DNA from: Daphnia carinata
Lineage: Eukaryota
DNA length: 64,000 nucleotides
Reading direction: 5' to 3'
NCBI RefSeq assembly: GCF_022539665.2
Contig: NC_081332.1
Span: 5,208,001-5,272,000, forward strand
The translations under genes and the position numbers were made by a program. Numbering within the stretch: position 1 is the first letter of the stretch; each line of letters opens with the position of its first letter. Of this stretch, positions 12,901-27,900 are shown piece by piece. The notes under the pieces are model-generated. The model did no database searches and was not told where the DNA came from. It was given only the letters and a program-made list of their open reading frames with translations.

Positions 12901-15900
12901 TTGGGGCCTATTATTTTTAACGTACATCATTAATTACAGAGAACGAAAATAGTTAAGACAAATGTAATTTAATTACCACAAGCGTCCGTGCAAGGATTTT
13001 CACAGCGATTACGTACACAGGTACGATCACGGGGGCAGTCAGTATTCAAGACACATTCTGGCCGACAGGAGCTGTATGGGTCACCGACATAGTTTGGTGG
13101 ACAGATACATTCAGGGGAGCCACTTACGTCACGGCACTCGGCGTTCACACCACAGAACGACGGAGTACAGCCGGTCTTCGTCGGCTCAACAACTGAAGGT
13201 TCAACTGCAAGAAGAAAATAAAATGAGTTTAAAATTATTAATCCATTCGGTGTTTTGAGCTTTTTGTTATGTTAAACGGGTTAAATGGCATCCATCAACG
13301 TAACGTTGTGGAATGGGCTGTGATTAATTCAGGCTAAGAAAAAATTCAAAAACAAACTCAAGGAAGCCATTGTTTTGTTGGCATTTAGAAGCGTAACAAC
13401 CCATCACAGATCAGATCGAAACGATGATACGAATCAACGTCGATCAACGACGCTTGTGGCGGGAAAATAGCGACAGAATGGGCGCAGGCTTAGCTAAAAT
13501 AAATCGCAGATTTCAGCACGGTTCTTTTAATATAAAAAAATAGGCAGCACGGCGTTATCGATTTCGGCAGAATGAAGACGCGATTGGGGTATCGAATCTT
13601 ACCAACGACGGGTAATGGCCGACAAGTTGCATATGCATTGCCTGTGAATCCTGGACGACAGAAACAGACAGGCGAGTGATCGATTACTCGACAGTCTGAA
13701 TTCGGGCCACAAGTACCCGGACATGGATCCACGCATTTCTGATTAACACAACCTCGTTTGGCTGGGCAATCAGAAGCTACAACGCACTCAGGTCGACAAC
13801 TCGGCGAAATGCCGATCATGCCAGCCATACAAGCACATTGTGCTGTGTTGTGGACTACCTGGCAGATACTGTTGGCACCGCATGGGTGTGCACTGCAAGG
13901 GTTGGGAGGAAGTGGTCGCAGCGTTGCAGATTCGGCTAAAGGTGGCGGTATGGCCGCTGAATTTATCGTAAAAATTAACGGATAGGTTATTAAGAGAATT
14001 CGATTTTTTAATGCTAATATTGTTTGCTAATAAGCATTGCTCAAGTCTTACAAGGTATGATCTGGCAACCGCGGCTACTGTACGGATCACCAGTGAATCC
14101 CGGTGGGCAGTTGCAGAACGGTATGTGGCTGGCAACAGAACATTCAGCCCTGTTGCCGCAAAGTCCTGGGCAAGGATCCCGGCATCGCCGATTGACACAA
14201 CTGAGACCGGCAGGGCACTCTGAATTCGAGAGACACTCTGGCCGACAGCCCAATTGAGCCGAACCGGTGAAGCCCGGCAAACAGACGCAGACAGGCGCTC
14301 CAGAAGGAGATACCTCGCAACGACTGTTAACCTCACATGGCGAAGGATTGCAAGGCTCAACTACTGAAGGTGCCGTCGTAGGGGCAACTTAATAGTCAAA
14401 AACGAAAATCATTAAAAAATTGAAAATATAAACGCATTGTGGCTAATTCTGCACGCTAAATGAAAAACTACACAGCGGCGATCAAATGACTAGTTGCTAG
14501 GATTTCTTTGGAAAGTACGAAGTTACTTTGGTGAAGCGCTTTTTATTAATAGAAACTTGGCCGCCGCTGTTTTTCTTTTTAAATTTTCACGAAAAATCGA
14601 AGCGATTTAAGCTGACAGGATCGCAAATCTTACTGGTGACAGGAATGGGCCGGCACAGGCTGTACGGATCACCCGTGTAGCCTTGCGGGCAGCCACAGAC
14701 GGGTAGATGGTTAACGACGCGACAAAGAGATTCGAGCCCGCAAACGCCAGCGCAAGGATCGACGCATCGATTATTGAGACAAGTACGATGGCGCGGACAG
14801 TCTGAATTGGCCGCACATTCCGGACGGCATGAGACGTAAGGATCTCCACGGTAGTCGGGCGGGCACACGCAAGCCGCCGATCCGCTATTCGGATTTACAC
14901 GACAATGGGCGTTAGGGCCACACGGATGTGAATCACACGGGCGCGGCACAACTGGCGGATTTACTTCGACTAAAATTAAAGTAGGAATATCAATCAATAT
15001 AAATGTACCCTCCTATTTTAGAATTCACGCGCTTTGAATTATCACAAAATTTTTTTAAAGCGGTCGCCATCGAATCTTACCGACAGCTTGAACTGGCCGG
15101 CAATCAGCAAATGCGTTGCCGGTGAACCCTTCGCGACACGAGCACGATGGAGCGTGACTAACAACGCGACATTCAGAATTGGCGCCGCAGGTGCCCGGGC
15201 ATGGATCAACACATTTTCTGTTGACACAGGCCTCCTTTGATGGACAGTCGGAACTAATGACGCATTCGGGACGGCAATTGGGTACTGATCCAATCATGCC
15301 GGCAAGGCAAGCGCATTGTGCGACACCACCCACAGCTTGACACTGAGCGTTCGAGCCGCAAGGTGGTGGATTGCACGGGTTCGGCGGAATTGGCCGTAAA
15401 GTAGCTTCTTCCACAACAGGTGAAGGTACAGAGACTAAGGGATTGGTTAAAATAGGTGACATCAGAGGTTAAGTTCACAAATGAATACACCTGCATTCAC
15501 TACTCAGATTAGAACTAACCCATACGATCTACAACAAAGTACACTACATAAATAATAGTTTGATAAGAAGTAATGAAAGACCGTTTTAGTATTAAATTAG
15601 TAATATGCTTACTGGGAATGATTCGACACTGCGTGAATGGATCACCGGTCCAACCCGATGGGCAGGTGCAAACCGGGTTGTGGTTGATGACCTTACACTC
15701 CGAGTTGAGTCCACAAGTACCCAGACAAGGGTTCTGGCATTTAGAGTTGACACAGGCATGCATCGGGGCGCACTCGGCGCTCGTCACGCACTCGGGCCGG
15801 CATTCGGGTGGAATACCCATGTAGCCCGAGAGGCAAGAGCAGACGGGTACGTTACCCACACCGCGACATTGGCTGTTGGGGCCGCATGGTGATGGCACGC

Positions 15901-18900
15901 AAGGCTTTTCCGATGGTGTAGGATCGATGGGTCGGGCTATTTTTTTGTGTCCGGTTAATAACGAATTGCATTCAATAATTAGTAATCTCATAAAACTACA
16001 AGAACTTGAAAAACTACTGAGAAAATACGAATTAGTGCTTACACTCGACAGGGATAGGTAGGCATGATGAGTAAGGGTCTCCGGAGAAACCCTGGAGGCA
16101 AGAGCAGACGGGCACGTGATTGGCGACGCGGCATTGGCTGTTGTCGCCGCAAGCTCCGGCGCAAGGATCCACGCAACGATTGCGGGAGCAAGTGCGATCG
16201 CGCGGGCAGTCGCTGCTCAGAACGCATTCGGGCCGGCAAGAGCTGTACGGATCGCCCATGTAATTGGCCGGACAGACGCAATTAATACCGCCGCTTGGTG
16301 ATTCTTTACATTGGGCATTTGTGCCACAAGGGTGGGACTCGCAAGGTCGTTGTGGTTCGACCACATTCGGCACGCCTAATGGTATTTAAATCATAGATAA
16401 TTCTCCTTGGCACATTAGGAAAAAGGGGCTATGAGGATCTTACCAACAACAGGTACGGGTCGACAGTTATCGAAGGCATTGCCTGTGTAACCAGATGCGC
16501 AGGTGCAAATCGGGGAATGATTGACGACTCGACAATCGGAATTGGAGCCGCAAGTACCCGGGCAAGGATCGACGCATTTTTGGTTGACGCAAGCCTGATT
16601 GGACGGACAATCGGAGCCGAGAATACATTCCGGCCGACAGTTGGGACTAGCGTCGATCATGTTGGGCATACAGCCGCACTGGGCCTGTCCCGCAACGACT
16701 TGGCACTGGGAGTTTGGTCCGCAAGGTGTCGGAGTGCAGGGATTGAGGGGTAGAGGAGGTAGCGTAGCTACTTCTCCTAGCGGGTTCAGTGTGGATGCTA
16801 CAAATGTTCAAACAACATGTTAGGTTACGTCACGTGCACTAATCACTACTCCATTTCGATAGTTAGTTAGTCTACGTAAATATTTTAAGAAATTTTGACG
16901 TACTTGGAATTGGAGAACAACCGGTTAGAGGATCACCGGTCCATCCGGATGGACAGACACAGATGGGATTGTGATTGACTACTCGACAATCGGCATCCCG
17001 GCCGCAAGTTCCAGTGCAAGGATCTTGGCACTTGAAATTGATGCAAGCCTGTGCGGGTGCGCATTCCGAGCTGGAAACACATTCAGGCCGGCAATCAGGT
17101 GGCAAGCCCAGGTAGCCCGGTTGGCAAGAGCATACGGGAACATTACCAACCTCACGGCACTGGCTGTTCGGTCCGCACGGTGAAGGCACACAAGGTTTCT
17201 CTGCCACGTTCGGTGTTGGAATTGCTAGAGAAAAGGGTCAAGTAAGAGGGAATAGGTTAAAATAAACCATCAAAAGGCCAATAAATATAAATAATGTAAA
17301 TATGAATAAATATAAATATGAATAATCGGTTGGTGTGAAGGTATAATTACAAAATGGGTCTTACGTTTAGCAGGTATGGGACGGCAGGATTCGTAGGGAT
17401 CGCCGGTAAATGCCTCTTTGCAACCGCAAACTGGAATGTGATTGGCAACTCTACAGTCGGCATTGATTCCACATGTTCCAGGGCAAGGATCGATGCAACG
17501 GTTGCGCGAACAACTTTTATCACGTGGACAATCTGTGTTGAGAACGCATTCTGGTCGACACGAACTGTAAGGATCACCGATGTAACCAGCCGGACAGACG
17601 CAATTGATGGCTCCATTTTGCGTTTTGCATTGAGCGTTTGTGCCGCAAGGGTTGGGATCACATGGAGTAGGCGGTTGTACGACGTTAGGTTCAACTGGAT
17701 GAGATAAAACCATTGTTATAGAAACATCTTCAACAAAGACTAAACACGTTGATGGCGAAATAAAATTCGCGTGATCAAAAAAAAACGTGAATAAAAAAGA
17801 CCAGAGAAAATAAAACCAAACAAATTGTAACGCCTGAACGAATTCACCTCAAGAATTTTTCAAATAAATAAAAAGAAATAAATAGAGCGATTTTAACAGT
17901 TCAGTTCCCGGAGGCAGTCAAAAACACATTCACAGAGAACGATGTGTCGCGAAAAAGAAAAAACCAACGAGAAAACCTTATTGCATTTGTTTAAATGCAT
18001 TGCGCGATCGGAGAATGCGGTGCTTAGCACCTAAATTTTGAACTTCGATGAAAAATTTGGTTTTCTTCTTACCAGTAATGGCAATAGGACGACAATTTTT
18101 GAAGCTGTCGCCGGTGTAACCCGCAGCGCAAGTGCACATGGGCGAATGGTTGACAACACGACAATCCGCATTTGCCGCGCAAGTGCCGGGACAAGGATCA
18201 ATGCATTTTTGATTGACGCAAGCATTGTTCGAGGGGCAATCAGATGAAATGAGGCATTCCGGTCGGCAATTCGGTACCGAACCAATCATGCCAGGGACAC
18301 ATCCGCACTGAGCTTGACCAGATACGACTTGACATTGCGAATTGGGTCCGCAAGGTGTGGGTGTGCAAGGATTGGGTGGTAGAGGTGGCAATGTTGCTAC
18401 TTCGCCTACAGTATTTGGTGCTGGTGCTACAAATGTTAAAAAGTTAATTACAAACATGCAACACAGTGAGGTTTGTTAAAAAGTTAAGTGAAATCGTGCT
18501 TACTGGGTATAATGTGACAACCGGTTAGAGGATCACCAGTCCAACCAGACGGACAGACGCAAATCGGGTTGTGGTTAACTACTTGACATTGTGCATCTCG
18601 ACCGCACGTTCCAGGACAAGGATCTTGGCATTTGAGGTTAACACATGCTTTGGATGGTGCGCACTCTGAGCTCGAGACACATTCCGGTCTACATTCTGGT
18701 GGTATTCCCAAATAGCCCGGTTGACAAGCGCAAACTGGCGCATTGCCAACGGGTCTGCAAGTGCTATGAGGACCACATGGAGGGGGATCGCATGGTTTTT
18801 CAACAACCGGAGCTGTTGGGGGTACTAAATATCAGATCGTAAAATAAATCAAAAATGTTTCGCCGATTAACCCTTGGATTCTCAATTGATTTTCTTACTC

Positions 18901-21900
18901 TTCACAGGGATGGGCCTGCATGATCCATATGGATCTCCAGTATAAGATTCTTTGCAACTGCAGACGGGTATATGGTTGGCTACCCTGCAATTAGCATTTT
19001 CGCCACACGTTCCAACACAAGGGTCTACACAGCGGTTACGAGAGCAGCTCTGATCGCGGGGACAGTCCGTGTTAAGAACACATTCTGGGCGACAAGAGCT
19101 GAATGGATCGCCAACGTAATTTGTTGGACAGACGCAATTGATTGCTCCATTTTGCGTTTTACATTCGGCATTGGTACCACAAGGATTCGGGTCGCATGGT
19201 GATGGTGGTTGGACGACATTTGGTTCAACTGTTACGTACAGCAATAAAATAAATAAGTAAAACCATTTTTAGTTTGATACGGTTGGTGCTGAAATACTAG
19301 AGGGGAAGGCGAAAGCTTAAACCTAAAGAACCTCAATTTTTTTTTCAATATGGTCTTTTTCAAATATGCCTCGGTCAGCGAAAGCTATAAATAATGCTGT
19401 CTTACCAACAGTTGGAATGGGCCGGCAATTGCTAAAACCGTCTCCCAAAAACCCAGACGTGCAACTACAAACAGGTCTATGATTGACGACGGTACATTCG
19501 CCGTTCTGGGCGCAAGTTCCGACGCAAGGGTCGATACATTTCTGGTTGACACAAGCTCGATTTGATGGACACTCTGAATTGAGTACGCATTCGGGGCGGC
19601 AATTGGGAGCAGAGCCGATCATTCCGGTAACGCATCCACACTGCGCTTGTCCACCAACAACTTGGCATTGCGAGTTGGGTCCGCAAGGTGTCGGATTGCA
19701 AGGATTGGGTGGAATAGGTGGCAAGGTGCCAGGTTCACCAACTACATTAGGTGCAGGTACTACAAAGATTTTTACGTTAATTAGTTAACATGCAATTCTA
19801 CATAAGGAATGGATGGGAACAGTTAGTGAAATCATGCTTACTCGGAATAATGCGACACCCAGTCATTGGGTCACCTGTCCATCCGGAAGGACAGACGCAG
19901 ATTGGGTTGTGATTTACAACTTTGCATTGCGCGTCTCGGCCACACGTATCTTTGCAAGGATCTTGGCACTTGAGGTTAAGGCATGCTTGAGTAGGAGCGC
20001 ACTCCGAGCTAGAGACACATTCTGGCCTACAATCTGGCGGCAATCCCAAGTAGTTGGGTTGGCACGAACAAACCGGGGCATTACCGACTGGCCTACACGC
20101 ACTATTTGGCCCACACGGAGATGGATTGCACGGTTCCTCGGTAAGAGAGGGTGCGGTTGGTGGAACTTTTTAAAAATAAAATACAAGTAGAAATTTTAAA
20201 GATTGCTATCTCCAAAGGACCATGTTCAATTACGTTTCTTACTTTTGACGGGAATAGGACGGCAAGATACGTAAGGATCACCCTGGTAGGATTCTTTGCA
20301 ACTGCATACAGGAATGTGATTTGAGACCCTGCAGTCCGCATTAGGACCACACGTTCCTTTACAAGGGTCTACGCAAAGATTCTGAAGGCAATTCTTATTG
20401 CGCGGACAGTCCGTGTTGAGAACACATTCTGGCCGGCAAGAGCTGTACGGGTCTCCGACATAATTAGCCGGGCAGACACAGTTGATGGCTCCGTTTTGTT
20501 CCTTGCATTGTGCGTTGGTTCCGCAAGGATTGGGATCGCAAGGTCTTGGTGGTTGAACAACATTTGGTTCGACTGTTTCGCAAATTCAAGCAAACAATGA
20601 TATCAATTAAGAGCTCAGGTGTAAAACAAATGTGATTATGAAAGATACTAAATATAATCTTAAATATAAGTAACCCTATCAAAATGGATTTCGAAAAAAA
20701 TTGCTGATAATTAATTTCTGAAAATTCAGATTTAAGAATTTCAACAGAAGGTGCATGTAGTTAAAGTTTTCAACATCACATTTTCATCGAATAAAAAACG
20801 CCGCTCAAGAGCTTTTTAATTAATTCAACTAGTTCTTACCAAGCGCTGGGATCGGGTGGCAACCAGTAAACCCAATGCCAGTGTAACCCGACGCACAGGT
20901 GCAAACTGGCGAATGATTCACAACTCGACAGTCAGCATTACTGGCGCAAGTTGCTGCGCACGGATCCACACATTTCTGATTAACGCAAGCACTTTGCGAC
21001 GGACAGTCAGAGCTGACTATGCACTCTGGCCGGCAATTCGGTACCGAGCCAATCATGTTGGGCAGGCAGCCACATTGAGCTTGGCCTGCCACAGCTTGGC
21101 ACTGCGAATTTGGTCCGCAGGGGTGGGACGTGCAAGGATTCAGCGGAACAGGTGGTAAAGTTGCTGGTTCAGAACCAGGACTTGGGATAGGTGCTAAAGT
21201 TATTACAAGTTTTGAATAAATTAGATAAAATATGGATGGATAAAGATTTTATGGGGACGGAATGTTTCTTACTGGGTATGATGCGACATCCAGTCAATGG
21301 ATCGCCGGTCCATCCGGAAGGACAGACGCAGACGGGGTTGTGGCTGACCACTTTGCACTGGGCATCTCGACCGCAAGTTCCCGGACAAGGATCTTGGCAT
21401 TTGAAGTTGACGCAAGATTGCGACGGAGCGCATTCCGAGCTGGAAACGCATTCCGGCCTACATTCGGGTGGTACGCCCAAATAGCCCGATTGACAAGCGC
21501 AGACAGGGGCATTGCCAACCGGTCTACAAGTGCTATGAGGGCCACACGGAGGAGGATCGCAAGGTCTTTCGACAACGTTCGGTAACGTTGGCGGAACTGA
21601 TGACATCATAAATAAGGGAGTTACTTGATTGCAATTTCAACGCAAAATTCGGGATGTTCTTACTTTTCACGGGAATAGGACGACATGAATCGTATGGATC
21701 TCCAGTGTGAGATTCTTTGCAACTGCAGACGGGAATGTGATTGGCGACTCTACAGTCGGCGTTGAGACCGCATGTTCCTCGACAAGGATCCACGCATTGG
21801 TTTTTGACGCAGCTCTTATCACGGGGACAATCGGTGCTTAACAAACATTCGGGCCGACAAGAGCTGAACGGATCGCCGACATAATTAGCCGGACAGACGC

Positions 21901-24900
21901 AATTGATGGCTCCGTTTTGCTCTCGGCAATTGGCATTGGTACCGCAAGGATTGGGATCGCAAGGTCTTGGTGGTTGAACAACGTTCGGTTCAACTGGATT
22001 TCAAATGGTCCATGATTAAAACATGTAGCAAAAAGTAAAAAGCCTTTAAAAAAAGCGCTGGTCAACAAAAATGGAAGCCTTTCGATTCGAAAATAAAATA
22101 GCTTCAAAAAAAAAAGCTTCAAAAAAACAAAGCGCAGTTCAAATTGTACCGGACACATCGCCATAATAAACAGCATCGTCCCATTTCAAAACAAAAAAAA
22201 AAAAAAGAAATTGAAAAAAGAAATTTCAATTCCCAAATATAAAACCGATAAGCTTTTCTTCTTCCAAAATGGAAAAAGAACGCAAAAAAAACAACAGAAA
22301 AAAGCAAAAATTTTCAGCAGGGAAAACTCGGACATCCTCAAATCCGACAACCAACAAAATAATGCCACGGCATCACCATTAAAAAAAAAAAAACAGTTCA
22401 CCACCTCCGAAGAAAATTTAAGAAAGCTTTCCGCCCAATAAAAAAATGCAAAAAATGGCTGCTGTATGCAAATTGGTCTTACCGACTGTAGGAATTGGGC
22501 GGCAGTTGCTGAAAGCGTTGCCTGTGTAACCTGATTCGCAAGTGCACACAGGTGAATGGTTGACCACTCGGCATTCTGAATTCGAGCCACACGTTCCCGG
22601 ACAAGGATCAATGCATTTCTGATTGACACAAGCCACATTGGCTGGGCAATCTGAGTTAACGATACACTCGGGCCGGCAATTGGGTGCCGAGCCGATCATG
22701 TTGGCCAAACATCCGCATTCAGCTTGACCAGATATTGCCTGACATTGCGAGTTGGGTCCACAAGGATTTGGTGTACACGGACTAGGGGGTAAAGGTTTCA
22801 ACGTGGCCTCTTCAACGACCGGACTAGTCACGACAGCTATGAGTAATCAAAATAAATAACAAATGTACAAGTTGCAAAACGTCTTCGCAAAATTGAAATG
22901 AGATTCTTACTCGGAATGATACGACATCCAGTCAACGGATCGCCAGTCCATCCAACAGGGCAGACACAGACCGGACTATGATTAACAACAAAGCATTCGG
23001 ATCCTCTACCGCACGTTCCTAAACAAGGGTCCCTACACTTCAAATTCACGCACGCCTGAGATGCAGGGCACTCCGCACTGGAAGCACATTCGGGTCTACA
23101 GTTGGGTGGTAAGCCCATGTAGCTGGGCTGGCAGGAGCACACGGGAGCGTTGCCAACTGGTTTGCAAATGCTATTTGGACCACACGGGTGAGGATCGCAA
23201 GGTTTTTCGACAACCGACGGAGACACTGGAGGTACTAGGAAATGTTACGACAAGGTTATCACAAAGAAATGTGGTTAAACCTAAGCTATAATTGAATTTT
23301 ACTTTTGACAGGAATAGGACGGCAGGAATCGTAAGGATCCCCGCTATAGGATTCTTTGCAACTGCAAATAGGAATGTGATTGGAAACGCTACAGTCCGTG
23401 TTCAGGCCGCACGTTCCGCGGCAAGGATCAACACATCGGTTTCGAGCGCAGCTTTGATCGCGTGGGCAATCCGTGTTGAGTACGCATTCTGGACGACAAG
23501 AACTGTAGGGATCTCCGACATAGTTGGTCGGACAGACGCAATTGATTGCTCCGTTCTGTGTTTTGCATTGAGCGTTGGTGCCGCACGGATTGGGATCGCA
23601 CGGCTTTGGCGGTTCGACTACGTTCGGTGTGACTAAAACAATAATCGCTTTTCAGTATTTAGAATTACACAAATGAAAGCATTTGCAAATGACCGCAATA
23701 TATAGCCCTGCCGTGCACGTTTCGTCAAAGTGTAAACATAGCGATTGTCTCAAGTGCAGTAGCAAAAGAAGTTCGCTTTTTTGTTTTGTTCCAAAACAAG
23801 GTTTTCCATTAAAAAAAAATATTCAATGCCATAAACCCAATATTTTTGGATTGCATGAAAAAAAAAACAAGTCGTCAAAAGCAGGCATGCCAGACCAAAA
23901 AAAAAAAAAGCTCAAAGAGGAGCTAAAATATGGATTCATCTTCCCTGATAATCAAAGCCATAAAAATGCTGAATCCATAAATAGCTTCATGAAAACGAAG
24001 TTCATGAAAAAGCAAGCAACACGTGCGAAAAACAGCAAAAAAAAAAGATGTCCCGACGATAATGAAATTGTCTGGATTGCATCAGTCAAATGGAGGTGCA
24101 AAAAAAAAATGCAACACCAGTCTCATTCCATTTGAAAAATAAAAATAACAAAAAAAATATGCCAAATGTATGGCATGAAGGTAGATACGAACGTCCGCTC
24201 ACATCCGACGTGATAATCGACGAAAGAAGCAAGAAGCAATTTCAAACGAAGCCAATAAATAATGCCAGAGTGTCTTACCGTCTACTGGAGTAGGTCGACA
24301 ATGACTGAAACCATCGCCAGTGAATCCCTTTATGCAATCGCATACAGGCGAGTTATTCACGACCCTACATTGAGCGTTGGGTGCACATGTGCCAGGGCAT
24401 GGATCGACACATTTCTGGTTCACGCAGGCCTCGTTAGAGGGGCAATCCGAGCTCACGACACACTCTGGTCGGCAGTTTGGTACCGAACCAATCATGCCGG
24501 GCACGCAGCCGCACTGGGCCTGTCCCGAAACCACTTGACATTGCGAGTTGGGTCCACAAGGTGATGGGTTGCACGGGTTGGGTGGTAAGGGTCGTAACGT
24601 GCCTTCTTCCACTACAGGATCGCGTATAGGGGCTACAGATGTTAATTGATTGAGTTAGTTATGTCTAATAATACAGTACAATTAGCTGAAATGTTATGCT
24701 TACTCGGAATGACTTGACAACCGGTTAGGGGATCACCAGTCCATCCGGACGGACAGACACAAATCGGGTTGTGGTTAACGACTTGGCATTTAGCATCTCG
24801 ACCGCAAGTTCCGGGACAAGGATCTTGGCATTTGAAATTGGAACACGCCTGGGATGGAGCACACTCTGAACTTGAGACACACTCTGGTCGACATTCTGGT

Positions 24901-27900
24901 GGGATGCCCAGATAGCCCGGCTGGCAAGAGCAAACCGGAGCATTACCGACTTCACGACATTGACTATTAGGACCGCAAGGAGTCGGTACGCATGGTCTCT
25001 CGTTAACAACTGGAGATGTTGGCGGAACTAAGTATTAAATATGTTTAAAAATCAATTATTGCTTTGCCCTGAATCGACCAACGGAAAGCTGCTGTTTCTT
25101 CAGCTTTTGAAAAATTAAAACACATCTTACTTATCACAGGAATAGGACGGCAAGATCCGTAAGGATCTCCAGTGTGGGATTCTTTGCAACTGCAAACGGG
25201 AATGTGGTTGGCGACTCTACAGTCGGCATTGATGCCGCAAGCTCCCGCGCAAGGATCGATACAGCGGTTGCGCGAACAACTTTGATCACGTGGGCAATCT
25301 GTGTTGAGAACGCATTCTGGCCGACATGAGCTGTAAGGATCACCGATGTAACCCGCCGGACAGACGCAATTAATGGCTCCGTTTTGCGTTTTACATTGAG
25401 CATTGGTACCGCACGGATTGGGATCGCATGGTGTAGGTGGTTGTGCGACGTTAGGTTCAACTGAATTGGATAGAAACATCGTTTTAGAAGAATTTCCAAT
25501 TCAGAAAAAGTGGTCAAAGAACACATTAACAAAAAAATAGTTGCGAATTTGAATTTCTGGAGAGCGTAAAAAAATGGATCTTCGCTTATAGAAAGTTTTC
25601 CAGAGATATTAATAATTAAAGTACGCATTTTTTCGTGTAGTCGGCCCGTAGGAAATATATCCCTTAAACCGGTAGGATCGATCGAGAATTTCGGAGGAGA
25701 TGAATGAGATTTTCTTACCAACAACTGGAATAGGACGACAATTTTTGAAGCTGTCGCCGGTGTAACCCGCAGCGCAAGTGCACATGGGCGAATGGTTGAC
25801 AACACGACAATCCGCATTTGCCGCGCAAGTGCCGGGACAAGGATCAATGCATTTTTGATTGACGCAAGCATTGTTCGAGGGGCAATCAGATGAAATGAGG
25901 CATTCCGGTCGGCAATTCGGTACCGAACCAATCATGCCAGGGACACATCCGCACTGAGCTTGACCAGCTACGACTTGACATTGCGAATTGGGTCCGCAAG
26001 GTGTGGGTGTGCAAGGATTGGGTGGTAGAGGTGGCAATGTTGCTACTTCGCCTACAGTATTTGGTGCTGGTGCTACAAATGTTAAAAAGTTAATTACAAA
26101 CATGCAACACAGTGAGGTTTGTTAAAAAGTTAAGTGAAATCGTGCTTACTGGGTATAATGTGACAACCGGTTAGAGGATCACCAGTCCAACCAGACGGAC
26201 AGACGCAAATCGGGTTGTGGTTAACTACGCGACATTGTGCATCTCGACCGCACGTTCCAGGACAAGGATCTTGGCATTTGAAGTTAACACATGCTTTGGA
26301 TGGTGCGCACTCTGAGCTCGAGACACATTCCGGTCTACATTCTGGTGGTATTCCCAAATAGCCCGGTTGACAAGCGCAAACTGGCGCATTGCCAACGGGT
26401 CTGCAAGTGCTATGAGGACCACATGGAGGGGGATCGCATGGTTTTTCAACAACCGGAGCTGTTGGGGGTACTAAATATCAGATCGTAAAATAAATCAAAA
26501 ATGTTTCGCCGATTAACCCTTGGATTCTCAATTGATTTTCTTACTCTTCACAGGGATGGGCCTGCATGATCCATATGGATCTCCAGTATAAGATTCTTTG
26601 CAACTGCAGACGGGTATGTGATTGGCCACCCTGCAATTAGCATTTTCTCCACACGTTCCAGCACAAGGATCTACACAGCGATTACGAGAGCAACTCTTAT
26701 CGCGAGGACAGTCCGTGTTCAGAACACATTCTGGGCGACAAGAGCTGAATGGATCGCCGACGTAATTTGTTGGACAGACGCAATTGATTGCGCCATTTTG
26801 CGTTTTACATTGAGCATTGGTACCACAAGGATTCGGGTCGCATGGTGATGGTGGTTGGACGACATTTGGTTCAACTGTTACGTACAGCAATAAAATAAAT
26901 AAGTAAAACCATTTTTAGTTTGATACGGTTGGTGCTGAAATACTAGAGGGGAAGGCGAAAGCTTAAACCTAAAGAACCTCAATTTTTTTTTCAATATGGT
27001 CTTTTTCAAATATGCCTCGGTCAGCGAAAGCTATAAATAATGCTGTCTTACCAACAGTTGGAATGGGCCGGCAATTGCTAAAACCGTCTCCAAAAAACCC
27101 AGACGTGCAACTACAAACAGGTCTATGATTGACGACGGTACATTCGCCGTTCTGGGCGCAAGTTCCGACGCAAGGGTCGATACATTTCTGGTTGACACAA
27201 GCTCGATTTGATGGACACTCTGAATTGAGTACGCATTCGGGGCGGCAATTGGGAGCAGAGCCGATCATTCCGGTAACGCATCCACACTGCGCTTGTCCAC
27301 CAACAACTTGGCATTGCGAGTTGGGTCCGCAAGGTGTCGGATTGCAAGGATTGGGTGGAATAGGTGGCAAGGTGCCAGGTTCACCAACTACATTAGGTGC
27401 AGGTACTACAAAGATTTTTACGTTACAACAATTAGTTAACGTGCAATTCTACATAAAGAATGGATGTGAACAGTTAGTGAAATCATGCTTACTGGGGATA
27501 ATTCGACACCCGGTCATCGGGTCGCCTGTCCATCCGGACGGACAGACGCAGATCGGGTTGTGATTGACAACTTTGCACTGGGCATCTCGACCGCACGTTT
27601 CCTTGCAAGGATCTTGGCACTTGAGGTTAAGGCATGCTTGGGTGGGAGCGCACTCCGAGCTGGAGACGCATTCTGGCCTACAATCTGGCGGCAATCCCAA
27701 GTAATTGGGTTGACAGGAACAAACCGGAGCATTGCCAACGGGCCTACACACACTATTTGGCCCACACGGAGATGGATTGCATGGTTCCTCGGTAAGCGAG
27801 GGTGCGGTTGGTGGAACTTTTTTTTAATGAAATAAAAATAGAAGTTTTAAAGATTGCGATCTTCAAAGGACCATGTTCAATTGCGTTTCTTACTTTTGAC

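Noticed and set aside
21994..22480. Muscleblind-type YGCY cluster in a U-rich intron
   Set aside because: About seven sites in 490 nt, not clearly above expectation without a statistical test.
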